A DNA stretch of 64,000 bases, taken from assembly GCA_028284765.1 (NCBI GenBank), contig JANQRA010000002.1, positions 179,832 to 243,831 on the forward strand, in the 5' to 3' direction. Both the position numbers and the translations under genes were made by a program. This DNA is from Acidimicrobiia bacterium. Its GTDB lineage: Bacteria; Actinomycetota; Acidimicrobiia; Spongiisociales; ZC4RG35. Positions 35,336-44,784 of the stretch are shown here, one piece after another (position 1 is the stretch's first letter; every line of letters starts with the position of its first letter). The notes beneath the pieces were generated by a model that had not been told where the DNA came from, ran no database searches, and worked only from the letters and a program-made list of their open reading frames with translations.

Positions 35336-38047
35336 GTGACGATCACGAACGACGAGAGTCTTCGGCACGACATACGCCGTTTGGGCAACCAACTCGGAGA
35401 CGCGCTCGTGCGACAGCACGGGCAGGAGCTTCTCGACCTCGTCGAACGAGTCAGGGCCATGGGAAAATCCGCTCGGCGCGGAGGGCACACCGGGGCCGCC
35501 ACCGAACTGAACCAACTGTTGGGCACTCTCTCGACAGAGGACGTCATTCCGCTGGTCAGGGCGTTCACGACCTACTTCTATCTGGCGAACGTCACCGAAC
35601 AAGTTCACCGAATCGACGAGATGGCTGCCGATGAGCGCTATCTCCACTCAACGGTCGACCGAATCCTCGAGGCCGACCTCGAACAAGATCTCGTCAACGA
35701 AGTCATCGAGCGATTTGAGATGCGACCTGTGTTCACCGCTCATCCGACCGAAGCAGCCCGTAGGAGCATCCTCAACAAACGAAGCGATATTGCGCGACTC
35801 CTTAGAACCCGCTCCGAGACTGACAATCCCAACCGAATCCAGATGATTGACAGACGAAGCGCCGAGCTGATCGACCAGATCTGGCAGACGGACGAGCTGA
35901 GGACCGACCGGCCGACGGTGGTAGACGAGGCACGATCGGCGCTCTACTACCTGATTGGCCTCGCTGAAGAGGTCCTCGACGAGATCAACGAAGTCATCAT
36001 CAGCGAGCTGAAGCGTCTCGCGCCGGACGCAACTCCTGAGCCCCTTCGATTCGGGACGTGGGTTGGTGGCGATCGGGACGGCAACCCCGGTGTGACTCCC
36101 GCCACGACTCTCGAAACCCTCGCCCTTCAACATGACCGGGGACTCACCCTCCTCATCGAGCTGATGGAACGCCTCTCCGAGGAGCTTTCAATGTCGGGCG
36201 ATCTGACCAGCCCCAGCTCCGACCTGCTCGAATCCCTCGAGCCCGACAAGGCGAGCCTTCCTGAGGTGTGGCAGCGTGAACAAAGGCGCACCGCCGATTC
36301 TCCATATCGCCTCAAGTGCTCCTTCATCCATGCCCGACTCATCAACACCAAGGCAAGAATCCGCGCCGCATCCCAACACGTTCCTGGTCTGGACTACGCC
36401 CACCCCGATGAGATGGTGCGAGAGCTGGACCTCATGGCTGACTCGCTCCGCCAATCGCGGGGCTCGCTCATCGCCAACGGTGCGGTGGAACGAGTTAGGC
36501 GTATGGCCACTCTGATGGGATTCCAGCTGGCGATCATGGATATCCGGCAGCACTCGGCACGCCATACCGAGAGCGTTGACGAGCTATTTGCGAACGTTGG
36601 CATCGATCTCTCGGCCATGGGTGGGGCGCAACGTCTCCGCACCTTGGTCGCCGAGCTCGAAGGCACACGTCCGCTGTCTGGGCCCACCACTGAGTTGAGC
36701 CCCTCCGCGTCGGAGACTCTCGACACGTTCTCAGCGATCGCGCGCGCCAAGAGCCTCTACGGAGAACAGGTCATCGAGAGCTACATCATCTCAATGACCG
36801 AGTCTCCGACACATGTCATCGAAGCGGCCGTCCTCGCCCGTGAAGCCGGACTCATTGATCTACGCCGGGAAAGTGCCCGGATCGGAATCGTGCCACTTGT
36901 TGAAACAATCGATGACTTGCGTCGTTCAGGGGGACTTCTGGATGCATTGCTTCACGAGAAGTCGTACCGAAAGATCGTCGAGCTTCGCGGGGACGTTCAG
37001 GAAGTGATGCTCGGATACTCCGACTCGAACAAGGTCGGAGGTATCACCGCATCGCAGTGGGAGATATACAAAGCACAACGCGCGATGCGCAACGTCGCCG
37101 AGAAACATGGAGTCAAACTGCGACTGTTCCATGGCCGTGGCGGGACGATTGGCCGTGGCGGTGGGCCCACACACGCCGCCATTCTCGCTCAGCCCTTCGG
37201 GACCGTCGATGGCGCTATCAAACTGACCGAGCAGGGCGAGGTCATATCGGACAAGTACGGCAACCCCGAGATCGCGACTCGGAATCTGGAACTCATGGCA
37301 GCCTCGGTCCTCGAGAGCTCCCTTCTGCATCGCCAGTCGAGACGATCTGAGTCAACGCTCAAACAGTGGACCGAGGCGATGGATTGTTTCGCATCCGCTG
37401 CCTACGACGCCTATCGAGAACTGGCGTCGGATCCGAGCTTGGTGACGTACTTCCTCTCATCCACCCCTGTCGAGGAGCTGGGGAAGATGAACATCGGGAG
37501 TCGGCCATCTCGACGTCCCGGCGGCGTTGGAGGTGTTGAGGATCTCAGGGCAATCCCCTGGGTCTTTGGCTGGACCCAGACCAGACAGATCGTTCCCGGG
37601 TGGTACGGGGTCGGCTCCGGACTGGCCGGAGCGATCGAGGCTGGGTTTGGGGACACGATGCGTGAGATGGCCCAAGAGTGGAGCTTCCTTCGAACCTTCA
37701 TCTCGAATATCGAAATGACTCTCTCCAAAACCGACCTCGACATCTCGAGTGCCTATGTCGAAGATCTCGTCGAGCCCGAGCACAGACATCTCCTCGACAA
37801 GATCAGAAGTGAGTACGAGACGACTGTGGAACAGATTCTCTCGCTCCGGAACACGGGAGCACTGCTCGACGATTCACCACTCCTACGAAGAACTCTCGAA
37901 GTGCGCGATATCTACCTGGATCCAATCAACTACCTGCAGGTGAGTCTCCTGGCGAGGAGTCGGGCAGGCGAGCAGTCCCCAGAGCTAGACCGGGCGCTTC
38001 TCCTGACCGTCAATGGGATAGCGGCTGGAATGCGCAACACCGGCTGA
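35336..38047 (+). CDS. ppc: Phosphoenolpyruvate carboxylase
   Basis: 903 aa with VFTAHPTE and FHGRGGTIGRGGGP motifs and a C-terminal …NTG. Confidence 0.95.
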   Translation: MTITNDESLRHDIRRLGNQLGDALVRQHGQELLDLVERVRAMGKSARRGGHTGAATELNQLLGTLSTEDVIPLVRAFTTYFYLANVTEQVHRIDEMAADERYLHSTVDRILEADLEQDLVNEVIERFEMRPVFTAHPTEAARRSILNKRSDIARLLRTRSETDNPNRIQMIDRRSAELIDQIWQTDELRTDRPTVVDEARSALYYLIGLAEEVLDEINEVIISELKRLAPDATPEPLRFGTWVGGDRDGNPGVTPATTLETLALQHDRGLTLLIELMERLSEELSMSGDLTSPSSDLLESLEPDKASLPEVWQREQRRTADSPYRLKCSFIHARLINTKARIRAASQHVPGLDYAHPDEMVRELDLMADSLRQSRGSLIANGAVERVRRMATLMGFQLAIMDIRQHSARHTESVDELFANVGIDLSAMGGAQRLRTLVAELEGTRPLSGPTTELSPSASETLDTFSAIARAKSLYGEQVIESYIISMTESPTHVIEAAVLAREAGLIDLRRESARIGIVPLVETIDDLRRSGGLLDALLHEKSYRKIVELRGDVQEVMLGYSDSNKVGGITASQWEIYKAQRAMRNVAEKHGVKLRLFHGRGGTIGRGGGPTHAAILAQPFGTVDGAIKLTEQGEVISDKYGNPEIATRNLELMAASVLESSLLHRQSRRSESTLKQWTEAMDCFASAAYDAYRELASDPSLVTYFLSSTPVEELGKMNIGSRPSRRPGGVGGVEDLRAIPWVFGWTQTRQIVPGWYGVGSGLAGAIEAGFGDTMREMAQEWSFLRTFISNIEMTLSKTDLDISSAYVEDLVEPEHRHLLDKIRSEYETTVEQILSLRNTGALLDDSPLLRRTLEVRDIYLDPINYLQVSLLARSRAGEQSPELDRALLLTVNGIAAGMRNTG

Positions 38048-38070
38048 GCACAGGACCGTAAGGTCAGGCC

Positions 38071-38691
38071 ATGCCCATCACGATCCTCGACCACCCTCTC
38101 GCGGCTGACCTGCTGACCGTCCTCAGAGACAAAGACACCTCTCCTGCTCGATTCCGCCAACATGCCGAACGACTTGGCTACTTCCTCGTTGCCGAGGCGA
38201 TCTCCGACATGCCCACGGACGAGGTCGCTTTGGAAACTCCACTCGAGCCGACCACTGGAACGATGCTGCATCGACCGATCGTTGCGGTCGCAGTGCTCAG
38301 GGCTGGGCTCGGGCTACTGCAATCAGTTCTGACCTTGGTACCGGACGCAACGATTGGCTTCGCCGGGGTCCAGCGAAACGAGGACACCGCTGAGCCGATC
38401 GAGTACTACACCAAGTTTCCGGAGCTTTCCGCCGCTCGGGTGATCATCCTCGAGCCGATGCTGGCGACCGGCGGGTCTCTCTCGTGGGCAATCGACAAGG
38501 TCAAGGAGAACGGGGCCAAAGACATTGTCTGCTGCTGTGTGGTGGCCGCACCTGAAGGTGTCGGTGTGATCGAAGAGTCACACCCAGACGTCAGGGTGGT
38601 TGCTGCAGCCCTCGACCGGGAGTTGGACCCCAACTTCTACATCGCTCCCGGACTTGGAGACATGGGAGATCGACTCTTCGGGACGCTATGA
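38071..38691 (+). CDS. upp: Uracil phosphoribosyltransferase
   Basis: 206 aa with a PRPP-binding motif, VIILEPMLATGGS. Confidence 0.92.
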   Translation: MPITILDHPLAADLLTVLRDKDTSPARFRQHAERLGYFLVAEAISDMPTDEVALETPLEPTTGTMLHRPIVAVAVLRAGLGLLQSVLTLVPDATIGFAGVQRNEDTAEPIEYYTKFPELSAARVIILEPMLATGGSLSWAIDKVKENGAKDIVCCCVVAAPEGVGVIEESHPDVRVVAAALDRELDPNFYIAPGLGDMGDRLFGTL

Positions 38692-38693
38692 AA

Positions 38694-38962
38694 TGACCGA
38701 GTTCGAGGAAGCCGTAGCCGCGGTGCTTTCGGCCCTCGAGCCAGGCGACGTCACAACCTACGGAGAGGTCGCTGCCGAGGCCGGATATCCGGGGGCAGCA
38801 AGAGCAGTCGGAACATTCCTTCGCAACTCTGAAGGCTTCCCTTGGTGGCGTGTCGTGGGCTCAGGCGGTCACATCAGGACCCCCGACCCTGCCCGACAGA
38901 TAAGGCTTCTCACGGATGAAGGTGCCCTTGTGGTCAATGGACGAGTGGTACGCGCTGGGTAG
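38694..38962 (+). CDS. Alkyltransferase-like (ATL) protein: MGMT-family DNA-binding domain with the active-site Cys replaced by Trp
   Basis: …TTYGEVAAEAGYPGAARAVGTFLRNSEGFPWWRVVGSGGHI…: PWWRVV in place of the canonical PCHRV. Start is an ATG immediately after the upp stop. Confidence 0.7.
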
Positions 38963-38974
38963 CCTCGAATACCT

Positions 38975-40285
38975 ATGTCATTCTCAGCGGTCGATCTGAT
39001 CGGCCTGAAGCGGGACAGGAAGACCCTTCCGGACGATGGAATCCGTTGGCTGATCGACGCCTACACGCGCGACGAGGTCGCCGACTATCAGATGTCCGCC
39101 ATGGCAATGGCCATTGTCCTCAACGGCCTCGACAGGCGGGAGTTGGCGACATGGACCGAAGCCATGCTCACCTCGGGTGACGTTCTCGACTTCTCCGACA
39201 TCCCGATACCAAAGATCGACAAACACTCAACTGGTGGTGTCGGAGACAAGATCTCAATCCCCCTCGCGCCCCTCGTGGCGGCCTGTGGAATCGCGGTGCC
39301 GATGATGTCGGGCCGGGGCCTCGGCCACACCGGTGGAACCCTCGACAAGCTGGAGTCGATCGAAGGGTTCACGACGCGAATCAACAAGGAGCGTTTCAGG
39401 TCGATACTCGAGGCGCACAATCTCGTTCTGGCCGGGCAATCCGAGACCATGGTGCCCGCAGATCGCAAGCTCTACGGCCTTCGGGATGCCTCTGGCACGG
39501 TCCCGTCTATCCCGCTCATATCCAGCTCCATCATGTCGAAGAAGCTCTCTGAAGGACTGGACGGGCTCCTCCTCGACGTCAAGACCGGTTCCGGAGCATT
39601 CATGCAGACTCTCGAGGACGCACGCGAACTCGCCAACACCATGGTCGGTATCGGTGAGGCAAGTGGGGTCGACACTGTTGCTCTCATCACATCGATGGAC
39701 CAGCCGTTGGGGAACGAGGTCGGGAACGCGAATGAAATCGCAGAGTCGATAGCAGTCCTCAACGGCTCAGGGCCCGCCGACGTCACCGAGCTGACCCTCG
39801 AGTTCGGAACGGTCATGCTCGAGCTAGGTGGGATTCCCGACGCTAAGCCACAGCTCGAAGAAGCGATCGCGAACGGATCGGCATTGGAGAAACTCAAAGA
39901 CGTCGCAAGAGCCCACGGCGGTGACCCGTCGATGATCGACGATCCGTCTCTCCTACCCGTCGCCCCTCATGTGGAATCGATTACGGCCCCGGCAAGCGGA
40001 TACGTCACCAAGTGCGATGCCTTGGCAGTTGGGTTGTCAACCACGAGACTCGGCGCAGGACGAGAGCGTCAAGAGGACGAGATAAACCACGGAGTCGGTG
40101 TGACCATCCACGCCAAGCTGGGCGATGAGGTGCGCGCTGGCGACCCACTTGCAACTGTGAGATTCAGCGATCCCGTGCGCTGGGAGTCACAACGTGATCA
40201 CCTTGCTTCCGCCTGGGAAATCGGTGATCAGAGGCCATCGTTGTCACCGCTGATCATCGAGCGGATCGACAGCCCCGGCGACTAG
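38975..40285 (+). CDS. deoA: Thymidine/pyrimidine-nucleoside phosphorylase
   Basis: 436 aa, …KHSTGGVGDKISIPLAPLVAACG…MSGRGLGHTGGTLDKLESI…. Confidence 0.92.
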   Translation: MSFSAVDLIGLKRDRKTLPDDGIRWLIDAYTRDEVADYQMSAMAMAIVLNGLDRRELATWTEAMLTSGDVLDFSDIPIPKIDKHSTGGVGDKISIPLAPLVAACGIAVPMMSGRGLGHTGGTLDKLESIEGFTTRINKERFRSILEAHNLVLAGQSETMVPADRKLYGLRDASGTVPSIPLISSSIMSKKLSEGLDGLLLDVKTGSGAFMQTLEDARELANTMVGIGEASGVDTVALITSMDQPLGNEVGNANEIAESIAVLNGSGPADVTELTLEFGTVMLELGGIPDAKPQLEEAIANGSALEKLKDVARAHGGDPSMIDDPSLLPVAPHVESITAPASGYVTKCDALAVGLSTTRLGAGRERQEDEINHGVGVTIHAKLGDEVRAGDPLATVRFSDPVRWESQRDHLASAWEIGDQRPSLSPLIIERIDSPGD

Positions 40286-40329
40286 TTACCATCGCCAACC
40301 GTCCCTACATCAACAAGGAGTAATGCGGA

Positions 40330-41088
40330 ATGAAGGTCGTTGTCTGCGTGAAGCAGATCCCCGACCCCGCCACCCCGTACACCCTCGAGGAGGACACCGC
40401 CTGGCTGGTACGCCCGGACGATCAGGTCCTCGACGACACCGACCGGTACGGAGTGGAGATGGGTCTCCAAATCGCTGATGCCCACGAAGGCACTGTCACT
40501 CTCGTCAGCATGGGCCCGTCCGGCAACGCCCAGGGCATTCGCCAGGCGCTTGCGATGGGCGCCGACAAGGCGGTGATCATCGAAGACGACGCTCTCCGCG
40601 GTTCCGATGCACTCACCACCGCCAAGGCATTGGCCGCTGCAATTGCGGCGGAAGGTTTCGACCTTGTGATCGCAGGCACCGAGTCCACAGACGGATACTC
40701 CGGCGTCATCCCCCAGATGCTCGCCGAGTTGCTGGACGCACCTGCTCTCACATACGCGACCAAGGTCGACACCGATGGGACTGATGTCACGATCAACCGA
40801 CAAACACTGGCTGGATACGACGTGGTTCAGTCGTCACTTCCTGCAGTGGTCTCAGTTACTGCGGGTGTCGTTGAGCCGCGCTACCCGACTTTCAAAGGAA
40901 TCATGGACGCCAAGAAGAAGCCGGTCGAGACCAAGTCTGTCAGCGACCTCGGATTCGATGCGGCAGTCGGCCAGACGGTGAAGTCGGTTGCCGACGCTCC
41001 GGAACGAGCAGCTGGTCGCAAGATCGAGGATGAAGGTGAGGCTTTCTCCGAGATCGTTGCGCTTCTCGAAGATCGGAAGGTGATCTGA
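40330..41088 (+). CDS. etfB: Electron transfer flavoprotein beta subunit
   Basis: MKVVVCVKQIPDP… N-terminus. Adjacent to etfA. Confidence 0.93.
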   Translation: MKVVVCVKQIPDPATPYTLEEDTAWLVRPDDQVLDDTDRYGVEMGLQIADAHEGTVTLVSMGPSGNAQGIRQALAMGADKAVIIEDDALRGSDALTTAKALAAAIAAEGFDLVIAGTESTDGYSGVIPQMLAELLDAPALTYATKVDTDGTDVTINRQTLAGYDVVQSSLPAVVSVTAGVVEPRYPTFKGIMDAKKKPVETKSVSDLGFDAAVGQTVKSVADAPERAAGRKIEDEGEAFSEIVALLEDRKVI

Positions 41089-41089
41089 G

Positions 41090-42034
41090 ATGGCCGATAT
41101 CTGGGTATTCGTCGAGGAGGTTGACGGGGTTCCGTCGACGCTGAGTCTCGAACTGTTGACCAAGGCCCGAGAATTGGGCGACGTGACGGCGATCTATCTC
41201 GGCTCGAATGAGGGCGCCTTCTCCACCCTGGGCGAATATGGGGCAAACGCTGTCCTCCACGCCGATGCAGGCGACCGGCTTCCTTCTGGACCGGTGGCCG
41301 CTGCACTCGCCGACAAGGCCGCTGCCGATTCCCCGAGTCTCATCATCTTTGGACAGGCCTACACCGATCGCGACATCGCAGGTCGCCTGTCAACGAAGCT
41401 TGGGCGCGGAGTCCTCAGCAACGCCTCGGACGTGAGGCTGACGGACAGCGGAGTTGAGACCGACCATGAGATATTCGGTGGTTCGCAGATCGCGACCGCT
41501 GCCATGGACGGGGACACTCACATCGTTCTGGTCAGGCCCAAGTCCTTCGCAGCAGAGCCTTTCGATGGAGGTGCACCGTCTGTCGTCGGTCTCGACCTGC
41601 CAGACGTTGGGGCATCAGAAGCGACCGTGACAGAGACCCATGTCGAGGAGCGCGAGGGTCCGCAACTCGGAGACGCCAACGTCGTAGTCGCAGGAGGAAG
41701 AGGCCTCGGTGCAGCAGAGAGTTTCGACATGGTGGAGAGGATCGCCAAGCCGCTGGGAGCTGCCACCGGGGCGACCCGTGCAATCGTGGACGCCGGTTGG
41801 GTTCCCTATGCGAAACAAGTCGGCCAGACCGGCAAGACCGTCAAGCCCGACGTGTACATCGCAGCCGGGATCTCCGGGGCGATGCAACATCTGGTTGGAA
41901 TGAAAGACTCGGCCACGATCATCGCCATCAACAAGGACCCGGACGCCCCGATCTTCTCGGTTGCCGACCTGGGTGTGGTTGGCGATGTTCACAAGGTTCT
42001 TCCGCAACTGATCGAGGCACTTGAGAATCGGTAG
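41090..42034 (+). CDS. etfA: Electron transfer flavoprotein alpha subunit
   Basis: 314 aa with the FAD-binding C-terminus …[17 protein letters not shown]…. Confidence 0.93.
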   Translation: MADIWVFVEEVDGVPSTLSLELLTKARELGDVTAIYLGSNEGAFSTLGEYGANAVLHADAGDRLPSGPVAAALADKAAADSPSLIIFGQAYTDRDIAGRLSTKLGRGVLSNASDVRLTDSGVETDHEIFGGSQIATAAMDGDTHIVLVRPKSFAAEPFDGGAPSVVGLDLPDVGASEATVTETHVEEREGPQLGDANVVVAGGRGLGAAESFDMVERIAKPLGAATGATRAIVDAGWVPYAKQVGQTGKTVKPDVYIAAGISGAMQHLVGMKDSATIIAINKDPDAPIFSVADLGVVGDVHKVLPQLIEALENR

Positions 42035-42611
42035 CCGCGACGGCAAGGGCGAGATTGAGTCCTGGTCGGGTGTAGCTGCCTGGTTCTACAACCTGTTCAA
42101 CCGGAACCCGGGATCTAACAGCAGCATCGTGAGTTTCTCAGGTGTCGGTCCTGGCGACCGGGTCCTCGATATCGGATGTGGTCCGGGTGCGGCCCTCGAA
42201 GCCGCCCATGGAGCGGGGGCCGAGGTGACCGGAGTCGACCCGACAGACGGAATGGTCAGCCGGGCTTCGTCACGAGTGCCCGAAGCCACTGTTGTGAAAG
42301 GTTCTGCCGAGTTCCTCGATTTCGACGAGGGGGCTTTCACCCAGGTGTGGTCGTTGAGTGCGTATCACCACTGGGCTTATCCGGAGACTGGCGTCGAACA
42401 GTGTCTGAAAGTGCTCGAGCCAGGAGGCAAAGTCCTGCTGGTGGAGCACAAGCTGAAGGACGGTAAAGACGGGCACGGATTGAGCATGGGTGGAGCACGC
42501 GATGCCGCGCATCTTCTAGAGACAAAAGGGTTCGTGGACGCATCAGTGGACATCATGCCGGTCAAGCGCAAGGAGTACGTGGTGGTTTCGGGGGTGAAGC
42601 CAACGTCTTAG
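42021..42611 (+). CDS. Class I SAM-dependent methyltransferase
   Basis: Motif I, VLDIGCGPGAALE. Overlaps the etfA end. Confidence 0.75.
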   Translation: MRIGSRDGKGEIESWSGVAAWFYNLFNRNPGSNSSIVSFSGVGPGDRVLDIGCGPGAALEAAHGAGAEVTGVDPTDGMVSRASSRVPEATVVKGSAEFLDFDEGAFTQVWSLSAYHHWAYPETGVEQCLKVLEPGGKVLLVEHKLKDGKDGHGLSMGGARDAAHLLETKGFVDASVDIMPVKRKEYVVVSGVKPTS

Positions 42612-43957
42612 GGCGGCTCCGTGTGATAGACGTGGCCAAGTCGGCTGATCCACTTGTCCTGACCGCGTTGCCGTGAGTGCGACCAACCTTGGTCTTTGAG
42701 TTCGTGGTCATGATCGCACTTGGGTCCGCCGTTGAGTGTTGAGGTCTCACCACCCGCACTCCATGGCAGAAGGTGGTCGTAGTCACAGTCTCCTGCGGGT
42801 GCCATACACCCTGGGAAGGCGCAATGGGGCTGAAGAGTCTCGATGTGCCGCCGGATCGTCTTGGTTGCATGTCGGCTAAGAGTTCGGATATGGGTGGGTC
42901 GACTGTGATCGTCGACCAGAGTCAAGATGTGTTCAGCATTTGGGCTGGTCTGGACCAACTTCCTCGCCGTATCTGCGGTGACAGGGCCGACACCCAGGAT
43001 TTCGCCCGGTTCGGAGCCTCCGTCGAGTGTGGAGGCTGGGACACGAATGTCGACGATTCCCCGGCCGTTGCTGGTCGCATCTCCGCCGAGCAGTAGATCT
43101 CGTGCGATGTCAGCTCTCAACTGGTCGTGGGTCCTTCCCGAGCGGTCTTCCTTCTTCAACGAGATCATGTGGGCATTGATCCTCCGGCCAATGGCCCGGG
43201 CATCGGCGATCGCGAAGTCGAGTAAGTGGATATCGGCCGTTCCATCGGTAGTGGGCTCGATGACAACCTTCCGCTCGCCGCGAGCGTGACGCTCTCGCTC
43301 CTCGGCATCCTCGGGATCGAGACTCATACACAGCTTCGAGATCCGATAACGGAGCTGGCCCGTGGTCAGTCGGGGAGCGACGTCCGCGAGCAGGTCAACG
43401 ATCCTCTCGGCGGTGTCTTTAGAAAGGTGTGCCGTGCCGTCGGAGAAGACTCGAGCGCGAGCAACGTCGATCAGACCCTCATCCAACAGACGCCAGACCA
43501 TGGGGAGCCTTTCGATGAGGTCCGTCGCAAAGGAGAGTCGATATTCCGCGGCGCGCCTCGTGAGGGTGAGAGCTGCCCGAATTTCGTCGGCGGCGTATTC
43601 GAATTGCTCGTCGATCCGCTCGACGGCTGAGTCCCGACCACCGGCCGCCGAGTAGGAACTCTCCACCGCGTCGTACATGCAGCGAGCCTGGGTGTGGGCC
43701 GACTGCCGCTCCCGGGCCTTCAGAAGGCGCATAACGTCGTGACCGTTGAGCTGGGTTGGATCGTAGTGCTCGAGAAGTGTTGCGAGATACGGCCCGACCG
43801 GGATGTCCTCCAGCGGTGGCAGTTCGTGACGGTCTGGAGTGGTCTCGGCGTGGGCGAGGGCATCGAGTGTTGCCTCGAAGGCAAGCTGATCTTCCCTCTC
43901 CCCGCTCAGGACTTCCGGTCCGGAGAGTTCGATCTCCGCAACTGGAGTACCGAACAT
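42608..43957 (-). CDS. DUF222 + HNH nuclease protein (REP13E12-like family)
   Basis: 449 aa. The N-terminal DUF222-like region and a C-terminal HNH motif …CAFPGCMAPAGDCDYDHLLPWSAGGETSTLNGGPKCDHDH…. Confidence 0.75.
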   Translation of the reverse strand: MFGTPVAEIELSGPEVLSGEREDQLAFEATLDALAHAETTPDRHELPPLEDIPVGPYLATLLEHYDPTQLNGHDVMRLLKARERQSAHTQARCMYDAVESSYSAAGGRDSAVERIDEQFEYAADEIRAALTLTRRAAEYRLSFATDLIERLPMVWRLLDEGLIDVARARVFSDGTAHLSKDTAERIVDLLADVAPRLTTGQLRYRISKLCMSLDPEDAEERERHARGERKVVIEPTTDGTADIHLLDFAIADARAIGRRINAHMISLKKEDRSGRTHDQLRADIARDLLLGGDATSNGRGIVDIRVPASTLDGGSEPGEILGVGPVTADTARKLVQTSPNAEHILTLVDDHSRPTHIRTLSRHATKTIRRHIETLQPHCAFPGCMAPAGDCDYDHLLPWSAGGETSTLNGGPKCDHDHELKDQGWSHSRQRGQDKWISRLGHVYHTEPP

Positions 43958-44009
43958 ATGTTCGATAGTAGGCCGGGGCGACGACAGATTTCAAGCCCCT
44001 TGACGGCGC

Positions 44010-44237
44010 CTAGTCCCCCGCAGGCAACATCCGCTCCAGCGCGTCCATCGCCGCGGCCCGATCGGTCTCTCGCACCAGAACCTGAACCCCACGAACCGTG
44101 ATCAGCGTGGGCGTCATCGAACCGGCATCATCGGAGCGAACCACCGCGTCGATTTCCTCTGTTTCTAGACGCGCCTTCACGAGATTGGCCTCGGTGAGGC
44201 TGTTGTATGTCCCGAGAACGACGAGATCCATCAGCAA
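44010..44237 (-). CDS. Small DUF2007-like hypothetical protein
   Basis: 75 aa, MLMDLVVLGTYNSLTEANLVKARLETEEIDAVV… The family assignment is from memory and tentative. Confidence 0.4.
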   Translation of the reverse strand: MLMDLVVLGTYNSLTEANLVKARLETEEIDAVVRSDDAGSMTPTLITVRGVQVLVRETDRAAAMDALERMLPAGD

Positions 44238-44240
44238 AGG

Positions 44241-44756
44241 CTAGTGAGACCCGTACATCTTCTCGCCTGCCTCGATCGGCACGCTCAGCCAGTTCTCGAC
44301 CGGAGGAATCGGGCATGACCATCCATCCGAATAGACGCACGAAGGGTTGTACGCGTAGTTGAAGTCGACTGTCAGTGTCCCGTCTTGGTTGGGTTCCACA
44401 TCCAGGTAGCGGCCCGCCCCGTACGTCGACTCACCAGAGGTGGCGTCCCGGAAAGGTATGAAGTATCCGGGATGCCCCGTGTCGTAGACAGTCAGCCTTT
44501 GCTGCTCCCCGCCAGCCTCGAACTTGACATAACCAACTCGGCGATAGACCTTCGTCGCATTGTCCGAGGTATCAACCGAGATCTCGGCTCCATCCCCAGG
44601 TTCAATCTCAGACCTGAAGATCAGATCCGGGTTCGGCTCGAAGTAGTTCAATCCCTCGAACTCGGGATGCAGTCCGTGACCGAGGGGTGAGTGATGGTCC
44701 GACCTGAAAAACTCGTCCTTGTTGGTGCGATGAGCAACCAGCGTGTCGGTGTTCAT
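44241..44756 (-). CDS. DUF1684-domain protein
   Basis: 171 aa, …FNYAYNPSCVYSDGWSCPIPPVEN… is the conserved DUF1684 C-terminal motif. Confidence 0.6.
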   Translation of the reverse strand: MNTDTLVAHRTNKDEFFRSDHHSPLGHGLHPEFEGLNYFEPNPDLIFRSEIEPGDGAEISVDTSDNATKVYRRVGYVKFEAGGEQQRLTVYDTGHPGYFIPFRDATSGESTYGAGRYLDVEPNQDGTLTVDFNYAYNPSCVYSDGWSCPIPPVENWLSVPIEAGEKMYGSH

Positions 44757-44784
44757 ACTTGACCGAACTGGATCCGAAGGCTTC

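Noticed and set aside
33979-35647. Minus-strand ORFs 33979..34401 and 34166..35647 (493 aa) overlapping the LCP gene
   Set aside because: They are antisense to a plus-strand LCP gene with clear domain signatures, and their His/Arg/Gly/Val-rich translations have no motifs.
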